Source: Laetmonice hystrix (lineage: Eukaryota). From it: 64,000 nt of DNA. Below the pieces are notes generated by a model. It was given only the letters and a program-made list of their open reading frames with translations. It did not search any database and was not told the origin of the DNA. The stretch lies in the NCBI GenBank assembly GCA_965235115.1, contig OZ249436.1, forward strand, positions 7,194,001 through 7,258,000. The letters are read 5' to 3'. A program made the position numbers and the translations under genes. Position 1 is the stretch's first letter. Each line of letters starts with the position of its first letter. Of this stretch, positions 14,127-25,100 are shown piece after piece.

Positions 14127-14200
14127 CTGCTAAAAATCGAGACTGTGTCGCCCCCTGCTGGGGTTTCTGGCAAGTCCGTCAAGACGCTTGTTTTGAACAG
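14127..14200 (-). promoter_or_regulatory. Candidate SECIS element (type 2) in the GPx 3' UTR
   Basis: Minus strand reads CUGUUCAAAA caagcgucu UGAC GGACUUGCCAG AAA CCCC agca GGGG GCGACACAGUCU CGAU UUUUAGCAG. Quartet UGAC (14181-14178)/CGAU (14139-14136); AAA 11 nt after the quartet; apical CCCC/GGGG mini-stem; helix II GGACU/AGUCU; helix I CUGUU(C)AAAA/UUUUAGCAG. Lies ~80 nt after the stop codon. Folded by eye. Confidence 0.72.
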
Positions 14201-14277
14201 GAAAATTGAACTGCATTTTTCCAAAATATCGCTTGGTATATAGAATTTATAGTAAGTTATATATTTTTTAATCTATT

Positions 14278-17200
14278 TTAATTGGGTCCACCATGATTGA
14301 GTAGGTCGCTTAAACGTGGATGTGTGTCGGCGGGGACTTCGTTACGGCTTCTTTCCACGTTTTGCAGAGAAGCGGCGGCTGTTTTGGGGGAGGATTCCAT
14401 CGCTAGTTCTTTGATGTCATCATAAATCTTCATAGGGTCAACTGCCGGGTAGTATCGCTTCCTAGGGTGGCCATTCTTGTCGATGAGAAACTTCTCGAAG
14501 TTCCACGTGACATCGGACTGCTTGACGGGTGACCAGTATATGCCTTTAGTCGCGACAATAGTTTCAGTTGTCCCTGGGCACCAACTCTGTTAAAACACAA
14601 TCCGAAATCATATAATTATAACGGAAAGGCAATATAAATGAATTGTGGCTAAGGGAAACACTTTATGGCTTCCTATCTATCATTAACAGTAGGGCGTCGG
14701 ATCTGAGGTTATCTTAAACAGCTTGGATCGGGACACGGACCAACCATGCAGATATTCAGAGTTGAGGCCCAAGTCAGCCAATAGATAATTATGGACCATT
14801 ATCGAAAATATGGGTCATCAATCTATGTTAAAAGAAGTAATCCAAAGGAAACGAAGAACATTATTTTATGAGTCTCACTGCTTTACTGCAACAGTTGTAG
14901 ATCTAAGCATAACAGTTACATTACATTAAATCAGTATTGTCAGGGGGTTTTTTTTCTCTTTTTTTCAAAATCAGGTCAATTCTTTGGGGGTGGGGGCTGC
15001 TAAGTGAAACTCAGCCCCTGAACCTCTAATATCAGGGGCATGGCTCCGCGTGTTCCAATGCCCGTACAAAATAGGCCTAGACCAAAAAGGTGCATGACCT
15101 TGATTTGACCTTCGAAGTTGGGAAATGTCAAATTGTGCTAAACGCTCTGTAATGGTCAGTCATCTCGACAGCACTGTTGCTGGGGATGATCCTACCTTAA
15201 GAAACGTAAAGAGTGGATGTTCTGAAGCCCCGTTGACATCCACTTTTTGTGTGATGCTAAACTTGGGAACGTATCCCCCGCCTGGCCTCACGTATTTGTA
15301 GCCGTTCAGCAGCTCCTCGTTACGACCTGGTTCTTGTAGTAAAAAGTTGTTGCAAGGGAAGCCAACCACAGCAAGGGAATCCTTTGACAGTGTGGCCTCG
15401 ACCTTGTCGATCAGTGCATTAAAACTTCTAAAGTTGGTCCAAGTGCCCCCTGCAGAGAGAGTCCATGTTTAGACAGTTCGAATAGGCTTATACACTCTGT
15501 ATATCGAGATGTCTACCTATATCAGGGGCGGATCCAGGAATTTGGAAGGGGGGATCCAACACGATTAATTCAGAAAGCTCTATGAAAAAAGTGAGAATGA
15601 CACCAAACGATCCCCAATACTGTATATATCCTACATAGCAACGTGTTAATGATTTTAGCCCCCTCCCTCAGCAGTTGGTTTGGTATAGGCCTAAGAGTTA
15701 GCATGTCTATAGCCTCTCCCTCTCCCTGGACACACCCACTCCGAAACACACTTCTACATCACTCCCGACGCTAAGGGCTGTGTCGGTCATTTACCTCATG
15801 AACCTGGAGTGTAGGAATATTACACAGATAAACAGTTTGTTATTTGATTGGCTTTCTGGAGGAAGTTTATCTCGTTATTATTACTGGGATAGGTACCTAA
15901 GGCCTGTGTGCATTACGGGGCAATGGTTTGTGTGGGGCAAATGGCCGAGTGTCGGGTTAGAGAACTATCTGTGGGGCACAGACTGATTTACAGCCTCCTG
16001 GGCCCGGTTCACAAGGAAAGTCAAGTCAAATTTAATTAACTTGAAACCCATTTTAACCAATCAGATTCAAGGAAAACTGACTTCAAGTTAAGTAAAATGG
16101 ACTTGACTTTCCTTGTGAACCGGGCTAACGTGTCCGATCTGCTCGACTCGAATATAGGCCTATAGGTTATATATAAACGAGCCAAAGCCTTTTTTCTAAC
16201 CGTTTAGGCTACAACAGGTCCCATGACTAGACAAATGTGACAGTTATATTCTTGCCTTAATCCGGGTGAAATACTAGCGACAGGATGCATGCCTACTATA
16301 ACCCCTCAATTAACGCCACTGACCCCTGGGTTCCAGTGACCGTAATGTGGCATACTATGATACTCCGGCAATTATAGATCAATATCGAAAGTTACATATA
16401 TAGGGTAACACTAAAAAGGGGAGGGAACTGAACGGTTGGCAGGTCGCCGGCCTCCTATTGACTGTAACCGGACAAAATAATGCCTGAAATATAGTCGGCC
16501 AGACGACTGACTTTTTCACTGTGTTCAGGCGTTGACATCACACTCGCGCTCCCTCGGACTTCCCGTACATTAACTTTGTGTATGTTGTATTTCCGTAACT
16601 GGCGCCACCTGGTGAGTAGGCCTACATACGTCCATGCCTTCGTGAGATTGAACTATAGGAATCCGACTATAGGGGACCCCCCCCCCCTCCCAGGTCTGAA
16701 GTTGGAGGGCCAGCATTATACCCCCCCCCCCCCCCCAGCTCAAACAGCAGAAGAGAGTTTTAATGAACACTCGTGAGTAGAACACGGGCCCGTAGCTATA
16801 GCGGGCCGGGGGCAGCTCCCCCCTTGTGAAGCCCCCGAAAAATGTATTCTAGGCCTACTTTAGGCCTAAAGACTGGTACAAAACCTTACATTTTGTTCCC
16901 AGATGCCAGGAAAACGCGTATTTGGCACTATAATTTTCACATTTTTGTATGGGGGAGGGCCCAGAACCCCGCTCAAGGCTCTGCGCCTTCGATGAAGATG
17001 GGTGCACCCTTTCCCAATTTCCGCGATCACCTCTGACTGACCTCCCAGTAAGAAATGTCTAGCTACAGCCTGTTAGCTATACCACTCCGCAGATATCACT
17101 GGGTAACCCCCGCCCCGCCTCTCGAACATGTGTGCCTGATATCGGCCCCAATAATTCTGTGCTATATCTCTATAATATATAGTATGGAACACGCCACGTT

Positions 17201-17708
17201 CCTGATGGTAAAACATGCATATAAAACGTTAAAACCCCTCCATGCATGTTGGAGAGCTACCACACTTAGCCCGGCTGGGATAGGCTAGAATCTATACCAA
17301 ACCCCTCCAAAAATTATTTAGCACCTTCCGGAGAAAACAACCAAATCGACTGCATGTTGAGTACATAGGCCTAAAGCATTTAAGAAAATCTCAACCCACC
17401 AAAAAAAGACATTTCTCTCAGCCTTCCAGCCCGCTGAGACGGGGTTGATGGTATTGGCTAATTAAGTTTCGTCCAATCAAAAACCTGACTTGATTACCTC
17501 AGAAGGTGGCCACGTTGGATACCAGGATAACACGCCCCTTGTAGTCGGCCAGGGAGATGTTCTTAGACCCGTCGACTAGCGGGGCCGAGAACCCATAGAC
17601 ATCCTTGTCCGTGTCGGTGCAGGCTGACTGCTGGGCCCTGACGACCACGGCCGCCAGGAGCAGTGAGGCCGCCACGGTGGCCGGCCACCGTCTCCACGCC
17701 TCCATCAT
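14278..17708 (-). CDS. GPX: Selenocysteine-containing glutathione peroxidase, secreted GPx3-like (257 aa)
   Basis: Exons 17708-17498, 15449-15196, 14586-14278 (774 nt, GT-AG, phases match). N-terminal hydrophobic signal-like segment (ATVAASLLLAAVVVRA). Motifs SNVATF-U(TGA 17501-17499)-GGT, VVGFPCNNFLLQEP, YVRPGGGYVPKF, KVDVNGASEHPLFTFLK and WNFEKFLIDKNG give an intact Sec/Gln/Trp/Asn tetrad. Confidence 0.95.
16001..16125. mobile_element. MITE with long terminal inverted repeats, in GPx intron 1 (possibly PIF/Harbinger-type)
   Basis: GCCCGGTTCACAAGGAAAGTCAAGTC ... GACTTGACTTTCCTTGTGAACCGGGC is a perfect 26-bp inverted repeat with further imperfect pairing inside. No clean TSD; superfamily is a guess from the GGC terminus. 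Confidence 0.8.
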
Positions 17709-17754
17709 CACGCCACTGACTCGTCGATCTGACTCTGGATCCCGGCACGAGAGG

Positions 17755-17761
17755 TTTTATA
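17755..17761 (-). promoter_or_regulatory. TATA box of the GPx gene
   Basis: TATAAAA on the minus strand in a GC-rich context, 47 nt upstream of the ATG at 17708. Confidence 0.6.
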
Positions 17762-18139
17762 CCCGCTAATACCGACGCCGGCTGATGGCTGACCTCTGGT
17801 CTACATACCCTATCAACCACTTGTAGGTCCCTATACGATTTGACATCATGCGCTATAAATAGATCAGCACCCCTTGTGATGGTGTTAGGGGGAGGGGAAA
17901 AATCGATTAGCCCTAAAAAAAAACTCGCTCCACGCAGGACACTTACCCCCACCCCCTTCCTAAATCCCGAATCCGGCCCAGATGTGCAGGCCGGCGGTAT
18001 CTGAACATAATAATATGCCTATTGTGTTGGCATAGAACAATGCCCACCTGTAGGCACTGAAGTTTCTTCTAAATAGGTCGTACATTATTATTGGTGCTTA
18101 ATCAGAGGAAGTATGGGCGTAACCAGATAAATTGTAGAC

Positions 18140-18320
18140 CAGGGACGGATCCAGGTTTGCGCCAACGGGGGTGGGGTTGTGGGGTGCCAAGGGGGCGGGC
18201 TGTGGGTGTGGTGGGTGTGTATGTTTTGTGTGAACCTTTTTTAAAGCTGGAAAAAAGAGAGATTACTTCGTAACGGGGGTTCAACCCCCGTAACCCCCCC
18301 CCCCCTTAAATCCGCCACTG
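18140..18320 (+). mobile_element. Non-autonomous TIR element (CAG...CTG ends); diverged sister copy inverted at 22965-23103
   Basis: Ends CAGGGACGGAT / ATCCGCCACTG. Internal ATTACTTCGTAACGGGG and CCAGGTTTGCGCCAA recur reverse-complemented in calpain intron 2. Confidence 0.65.
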
Positions 18321-18405
18321 TATGCCCATAAACGTAGGCCTACATGAACATTGATCTCCAAAATAGGTCGATATATTTGCTGGAGGACAGGCAGGCCGAT
18401 AAGGA

Positions 18406-19031
18406 AGAGGTGTATAATGGTCGGGATAACGTGTGCCATCGACCTGTACGGAGAGGTGTATATATAATGGTCGGGATAACATCTGCCATCGACCTGTACG
18501 GAGAGGTGTATAATGGTCGGGATAATGTCTGCTGCCATCGACCTGTACGGAGAGCTGGTCGGGATAACGTGTGCCATCGACCTGTACGGAGAGGTGTATA
18601 ATGGTCGGGATAACGTCTGCCATCGACCTGAACAGGATTTTTGCATTTCGCGTCGACCTGGCTGGCCTGGCTGGCCTTCCCTGTTTACGGAAATGAGTTC
18701 CATCCTTTAATCTTAAAAGTAGTCAAATAAAAATGTGATGTCACAATCGCATGGACGTCGCAAGGAAAATCGCAGTATAGATCTACGTCTGCCATCGACC
18801 TGTACGGAGAGGTGTATAATGGTCGGGATAACGTCTGCCATCGACCTGTACGGAGAGGTGTATAATGGTCGGGACAACGTCTGCCATCGACCTGTACGGA
18901 GAGGTGTATAATGGTCCGGATAACGTCTGCCATCGACCTGTACGGAGAGGTGTGTAATGGTCGGGATAACGTCTGCCATCGACCTGTACGGAGAGGTGTC
19001 AATGGTCGGGATAACGTCTGCCATCGACCTG
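18406..19031. repeat. 46-bp minisatellite in two blocks (18406-18631 and 18786-19031) separated by ~155 bp of unique sequence
   Basis: Unit GAGGTGTATAATGGTCGGGATAACGTCTGCCATCGACCTGTACGGA, ~5 copies per block. Both blocks end in CATCGACCTGAAC. Confidence 0.93.
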
Positions 19032-19310
19032 AACCGGTATATTGCGCTTACATGCACCCACCCCTTCTGCGTGTTATGGCTTATACTGCCGGTGTGCCGC
19101 CACCAGGAACTGGTGTACGAGTTATCCGCAGATAAAGTACTCTGTGTACAAGATATTATATGCGACATCACTAACGCAGTGAAACCGAAATACGCGATTC
19201 CAGTAGCTATTTACACAAGTGTCCAGCAAATCTTCCCGAAGGTCCCACAAGATATGGAGGGCCTATACGCTGCACGTAAATATCAATAAACAAGGCATGT
19301 GCACGGGGTC

Positions 19311-21387
19311 GTTTGTCTCCAGTGTGGGCAGTGTGCGGTGTTAGCGGGAGAGTTCTGGTCAACCTTTATACCATCTAACACAGATAGGCCTATATCTGTT
19401 TGTCTCCAGTGTGGGCAGTGTGCGGTGTTAGCGGGAGAGTGGTCAACCTTTATACGATCTAACACAGACAGGCCTATATCTGTTTGTCTCCAGTGTGGGC
19501 AGTGTGCGGTGTTAGCGGGAGAGTTCTGGTCAACCTTTATACCATCTAACACAGATAGGCCTATATCTGTTTGTCTCCAGTGTGGGCAGTGTGCGGTGTT
19601 AACGGGAGAGTTCTGGTCAACCTTTATACCATCTAACACAGATAGGCCTATATCTGTTTGTCTCCAGTGTGGGCAGTGTGCGGTGTTAGCGGGAGAGTTC
19701 TGGTCAACCTTTATACCATCTAACACAGATAGGCCTATATCTGTTTGTCTCCAGTGTGGGCAGTGTGCGGTGTTAGCGGGAGAGTTCTGGTCAACCTTTA
19801 TACCATCTAACACAGATAGGCCTATATCTGTTTGTCTCCAGTGTGGGCAGTGTGCGGTGTTAACGGGAGAGTTCTGGTCAACCTTTATACCATCTAACAC
19901 AGATAGGCCTATATCTGTTTGTCTCCAGTGTGGGCAGTGTGCGGTGTTAGCGGGAGAGTTCTGGTCAACCTTTATACCATCTAACACAGATAGGCCTATA
20001 TCTGTTTGTCTCCAGTGTGGGCAGTGTGCGGTGTTAGCGGGAGAGTTCTGGTCAACCTTTATACCATCTAACACAGATAGGCCTATATCTGTTTGTCTCC
20101 AGTGTGGGCAGTATGCGGTGTTAGCGGGAGAGTTCTGGTCAACCTTTATACCATCTAACACAGATAGGCCTATATCTGTTTGTCTCCAGTGTGGGCAGTG
20201 TGCGGTGTTAGCGGGAGAGTTCTGGTCAACCTTTATACCATCTAACACAGATAGGCCTATATCTGTTTGTCTCCAGTGTGGGCAGTGTGCGGTGTTAGCG
20301 GGAGAGTTCTGGTCAACCTTTATACCATCTAACACAGACAGGCCTATATATGTTTGGCTCCAGTGTGGGCAGTGTGCGGTGTTAGCGGGAGAGTTCTGGT
20401 CAACCTTTATACCATCTAACACAGACAGGCCTATATATGTTTGGCTCCAGTGTGGGCAGTGTGCGGTGTTAGCGGGAGAGTTCTGGTCAACCTTTATACC
20501 ATCTAACACAGATAGGCCTATATCTGTTTGTCTCCAGTGTGGGCAGTGTGCGGTGTTAACGGGAGAGTTCTGGTCAACCTTTATACCATCTAACACAGAT
20601 AGGCCTATATCTGTTTGTCTCCAGTGTGGGCAGTGTGCGGTGTTAGCGGGAGAGTTCTGGTCAACCTTTATACCATCTAACACAGATAGGCCTATATCTG
20701 TTTGTCTCCAGTGTGGGCAGTGTGCGGTGTTAGCGGGAGAGTTCTGGTCAACCTTTATACCATCTAACACAGACAGGCCTATATCTGTTTGGCTCCAGTG
20801 TGGGCAGTGTGCGGTGTTAACGGGAGAGTTCTGGTCAACCTTTATACCATCTAACACAGATAGGCCTATATCTGTTTGTCTCCAGTGTGGGCAGTGTGCG
20901 GTGTTAGCGGGAGAGTTCTGGTCAACCTTTATACCATCTAACACAGATAGGCCTATATCTGTTTGTCTCCAGTGTGGGCAGTGTGCGGTGTTAACGGGAG
21001 AGTTCTGGTCAACCTTTATACCATCTAACACAGATAGGCCTATATCTGTTTGTCTCCAGTGTGGGCAGTGTGCGGTGTTAACGGGAGAGTTCTGGTCAAC
21101 CTATACCATCTAACACAGATAGGCCTATATCTGTTTGTCTCCAGTGTGGGCAGTGTGCGGTGTTAGCGGGAGAGTTCTGGTCAACCTTTATACCATCTAA
21201 CACAGATAGGCCTATATCTGTTTGTCTCCAGTGTGGGCAGTGTGCGGTGTTAGCGGGAGAGTTCTGGTCAACCTTTATACCATCTAACACAGATAGGCCT
21301 ATATCTGTTTGTCTCCAGTGTGGGCAGTGTGCGGTGTTAACGGGAGAGTTCTGGTCAACCTATACCATCTAACACAGATAGGCCTAT
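19311..21387. repeat. 87-bp minisatellite, ~24 near-identical copies
   Basis: Unit GTTTGTCTCCAGTGTGGGCAGTGTGCGGTGTTAGCGGGAGAGTTCTGGTCAACCTTTATACCATCTAACACAGATAGGCCTATATCT. Produces the 604-aa (+) and 582-aa (-) repetitive ORFs. Confidence 0.97.
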
Positions 21388-21644
21388 CTATATGTTCAAT
21401 GTATAATATAGGGATTATCAATCAATACCGAGTTCTAATTAAATTTAACAATGAGGATAAAGAGCAGTATTGTATTCTACGGCAGGTACTAGCCAGATGT
21501 TTCTACTTAACGAACGCTATACTCTAAATGCAGTTTACCATACACTACCATATCAAAACATACGTGAGAATACACGGTCCTGTAACAAAATGGCATTTGA
21601 TGAGTGCAAGACTAATTATTAAAAAAACATAACATGATAGTTCG

Positions 21645-21868
21645 CTGGCTGAGAGCAAGAATAGCGCCTATTGTATCTGCAGAAATTGAAAAATGGGTTT
21701 AATGGAACATTAAGTAGGTCTCATGAATATACGCATCTGTGCAGCTATATTGTATCCTGTACAAAACAGTTAAGGTGGTATAATAAGTTGCAGAGTATTG
21801 TATCTCCATAAAATATTTTGCACTTTATTTTGCAATTTTGCACTTACGATTTTCTTGCTCTCAGCCAG
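21645..21868. mobile_element. MITE-like element just upstream of the calpain start codon
   Basis: 17-bp perfect inverted repeat CTGGCTGAGAGCAAGAA / TTCTTGCTCTCAGCCAG, extendable imperfectly by ~6 bp outward. Confidence 0.7.
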
Positions 21869-22139
21869 AGAATTGTCTATGTAGGTTGTAGGACTAATAG
21901 AACATGACTCCCCGGCATGTTGCTGAGGACAACCGACTCTCTAAGGTATAACTATGTCACTTGTTTCCCTGCTGACTCAGAACAGATATTGGGGGAGACG
22001 AGGGAGAGGGTAAAAACCCCCCTTTGTATATTCTATGTTCCCGGACCTAAGGAAAGCAGAGAACTAAGCGCCTGGGTTATACTTCTCTGAACATTTACTG
22101 GGAACGCCAACTGCCGATAACAGCCGCCTCTTCGCAAAC

Positions 22140-25100
22140 ATGGCGAATTTCGTCAATATCAAAACCGATCTCATCCTCAACGGTCAACTTTACGAGGACA
22201 ATGATTTCCCTTGTGTGCGTAGATCGATGTTTTACAAACTTGATGAAGACGACGAGGACCAGGAGACTTTGCTAAACAGGGTGATTTGGAAGCGTCCAAA
22301 GGTAGGCAATGGCAGGGAAGTATTTATAGCTCACTTCCAGTAACTTCTAATGCTGGAGGGGTGTATACACGTATTCTATGAGACTTCACCTGTCTGGACG
22401 CACATAGACACGTCTCTATACCGATACCATAATCACATATCCCGTACCCTGGTTTCTCTAGAAAAATATAGGGCCTATGAAGATGTAGTGGAAATATGAA
22501 GCAATTTCGCTGGTCTATATGCCCGTTTTGATTTAAAACATACTTTATTACACTATAAATCATGCAGGTATATTATAGTATATTGAGGACAGGAAGTATA
22601 TACAATAAACAGTTTCATTTTCCCCCCACATTTCCGTGGTAGCATCACAACAAATCATATTAGCCTCGTACAATACAATAAACAGTTCCACTGGCAGTGC
22701 AATATAGCAGTATGGAAAGGGTATAGTGTTAGTGTTTATCGACAAGAACAGCACGCCTGTTTTATGTAAATTAAGATTGGTATTCTGAATAATGTTTGGC
22801 CACAATTTTACAGGATATTGTTAATGAACCTCGGTTCATAGTCGAGGGAGCCAGCAAAAGCGACTTCTGCCAGGGTAAACTGGGTAAGTTTCATCCAACT
22901 TTAATAAGTTGTAAAGTTATGCGCGCAGCTCACACAGCATTGACTAATCTTAATCTTATAAGTCCAGTGCTATTGCGGATCGGGGAGGAGGTTACGGGGT
23001 TGCACCACCCCCGTTACGAAGTAATTTTTCCCTTTTTTCTCCTTGAAATATTCAAACCAAACATACACCCCCCCCCCCTTGGCGCCAACCTGGATGCACC
23101 CCGGAAACCCTGTTTACAATATAATTCCTACAGGTTATAATAGAGGTCTATGCCGGATTATCAGCTCTGATGGGCGTTTTTGTTTACAATGACATTAATA
23201 CAGGTCTATCTATACAGGTATAGGTCTATGCCGGATTATCAGCTCTGATGGGCGTTCTATATTAATATAGTTTGACTTTTAGATATACAACACAATGTTA
23301 CCTTATCATGTGACCTCATCCACGAGAGCCTTCCTCTGTCACACTATATGGGGGGCGGGTCACGGGTCACCACCCCCCCCCCCCCCACACACACACATGA
23401 AAGTGTAGCTATAGGGGAAATCGTTAGACTAACCCTTTATTGATGTATAACGTTAGTTTCAAAATTCATTTTTAGAGGAGGTTCGTTACCCTTTTCATGG
23501 CGGGCGTCGAATTTCAATTAATGGGGAACTCCATGCACCCCCCCCCCCCCCACCCAATCTAAGAATGAGATGCTCACATTTTCGAAAAAGTGCCTACATC
23601 ATATGCCCTTCTTGCCACCAGACCCGCAACCACTACCAAAAATGTTTCCCCAACCGTCCTTGCCACCTTCTCACTATCCTTACCAGAGGTATCATCATTC
23701 CAACATTAACAAATGTCGACTGGTTATCGTCTGACTGTTGACAGGAGATTGTTGGTTCCTGGCGGCTGCCGCCACGCTCGCCACCCGTCCCCTTCTCCTA
23801 AAACGGGTTGTTCCTCACGACCAGACGTTGAAGGAAGGAGATTACGCGGGAATATTTCACTTCATGTTCTGGCGGTATGGGCAGTGGGAGGAGGTTGTCA
23901 TCGACGATAGACTTCCTGTGGACAGTGACAACGACGAAATGCTCTTCGTTTGCAATAAACGCCAAAAGGATGAATTCTGGGCAGCCCTGTTAGAGAAGGC
24001 CTATGCCAAGTAAGTTAGTACGCCCCCTAAATAAAGTAGTACGTATATATACGTCAGAACCTAGGTTACCCATACCCTGATAGGGAATCTTCTTATATCA
24101 AAAACAGCCTTTAATTCATCAAAATCAGTCAAGCGAATCAAAAGTTATGCCGTTTTGGGTGGAGCACAGTATTTGCCTCTATTTACAGTGGCCAGTTCGC
24201 TGTCAGATAATGAGATCTGGCTAATGAACTAGGGTGTGACTCAATACCACACCTGGTTTGGCGTGGACATTTTGTTGAAACACCCTGTATAGGCCTATAG
24301 TCTGGCAGTTATACTCCTCAAGTGCCAGTCTAGAGATGTGTGATTTCTGACAGATGTAAACCTATATTAATATTCTGATATTATCAATAAAACTGTACAT
24401 TCGCCAAGTAAGCCGTAAGGTGGTTTCTTTCTTTCTTTTCGGTTCGTTGTTGGTTTTTTTTATTGTTTTTCTGGTTGTTTTTGTTTAATTGGTATTGACC
24501 CGTTTAAAAAAGGCCTATTCCGTTAACTTGTAAGCGTGCAGTATTTTCCCCTTGCTCAGCTCTTCCCTCCTCTCGCCGTCTTGCACAGGTTACACGGGTC
24601 CTACCAGGCTCTGTCAGGAGGACTTCCCCACGACGCTCTCGTCGACTTTACTGGCGGTATTTCTGAGTTCGTCTATCCGTTACCACAGGAAGAGGAAGAA
24701 CGCGTTGCGACTTTTGGTCGTCTGCTCAGGTTGCAGAAGATGCACACCCTTATGGCATCTGGAGTCTTCGTGAGAGTTGCTTCCATATGCATGTTGATAT
24801 TAGCCTAATTGGTAGGCCTATTTTATTTCGTTATTTCATACCGATGAGTAATCTTTGTTACTTTAAATGTTATGGATACTGTATGATATGTGGGACTCAC
24901 ATATATATTCTACTGTGATACTTTCTTTACAATACCAAAATCGTGTTATTTGGACCTTGACATTTTTCATGTAATTTTAGGTCCACAAGGGCAAGGAACG
25001 CGAGACCCGTTTAGACAACGGCATTGTCACTGGGCATGCGTATAGCATCACAAGGGTCATGGAGGTCTGTAGGAACGAATAAGGCCATCATTGAAACATG

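Noticed and set aside
17499..17711. GPx as a pseudogene or a 70-aa peptide because of the TGA
   Set aside because: The TGA sits exactly at the Sec position, downstream exons are intact and in phase, and a SECIS candidate is present.
19299..21113. 604-aa (+) and 582-aa (-) repeat ORFs as real genes
   Set aside because: Pure products of a stop-free 87-bp unit: non-ATG starts, near-identical DNA copies, frameshifting 2-nt deletions and no unique domains.
18406..21387. CRISPR-like array
   Set aside because: Repeats are contiguous with no unique spacers, there are no cas genes, and the context is eukaryotic.
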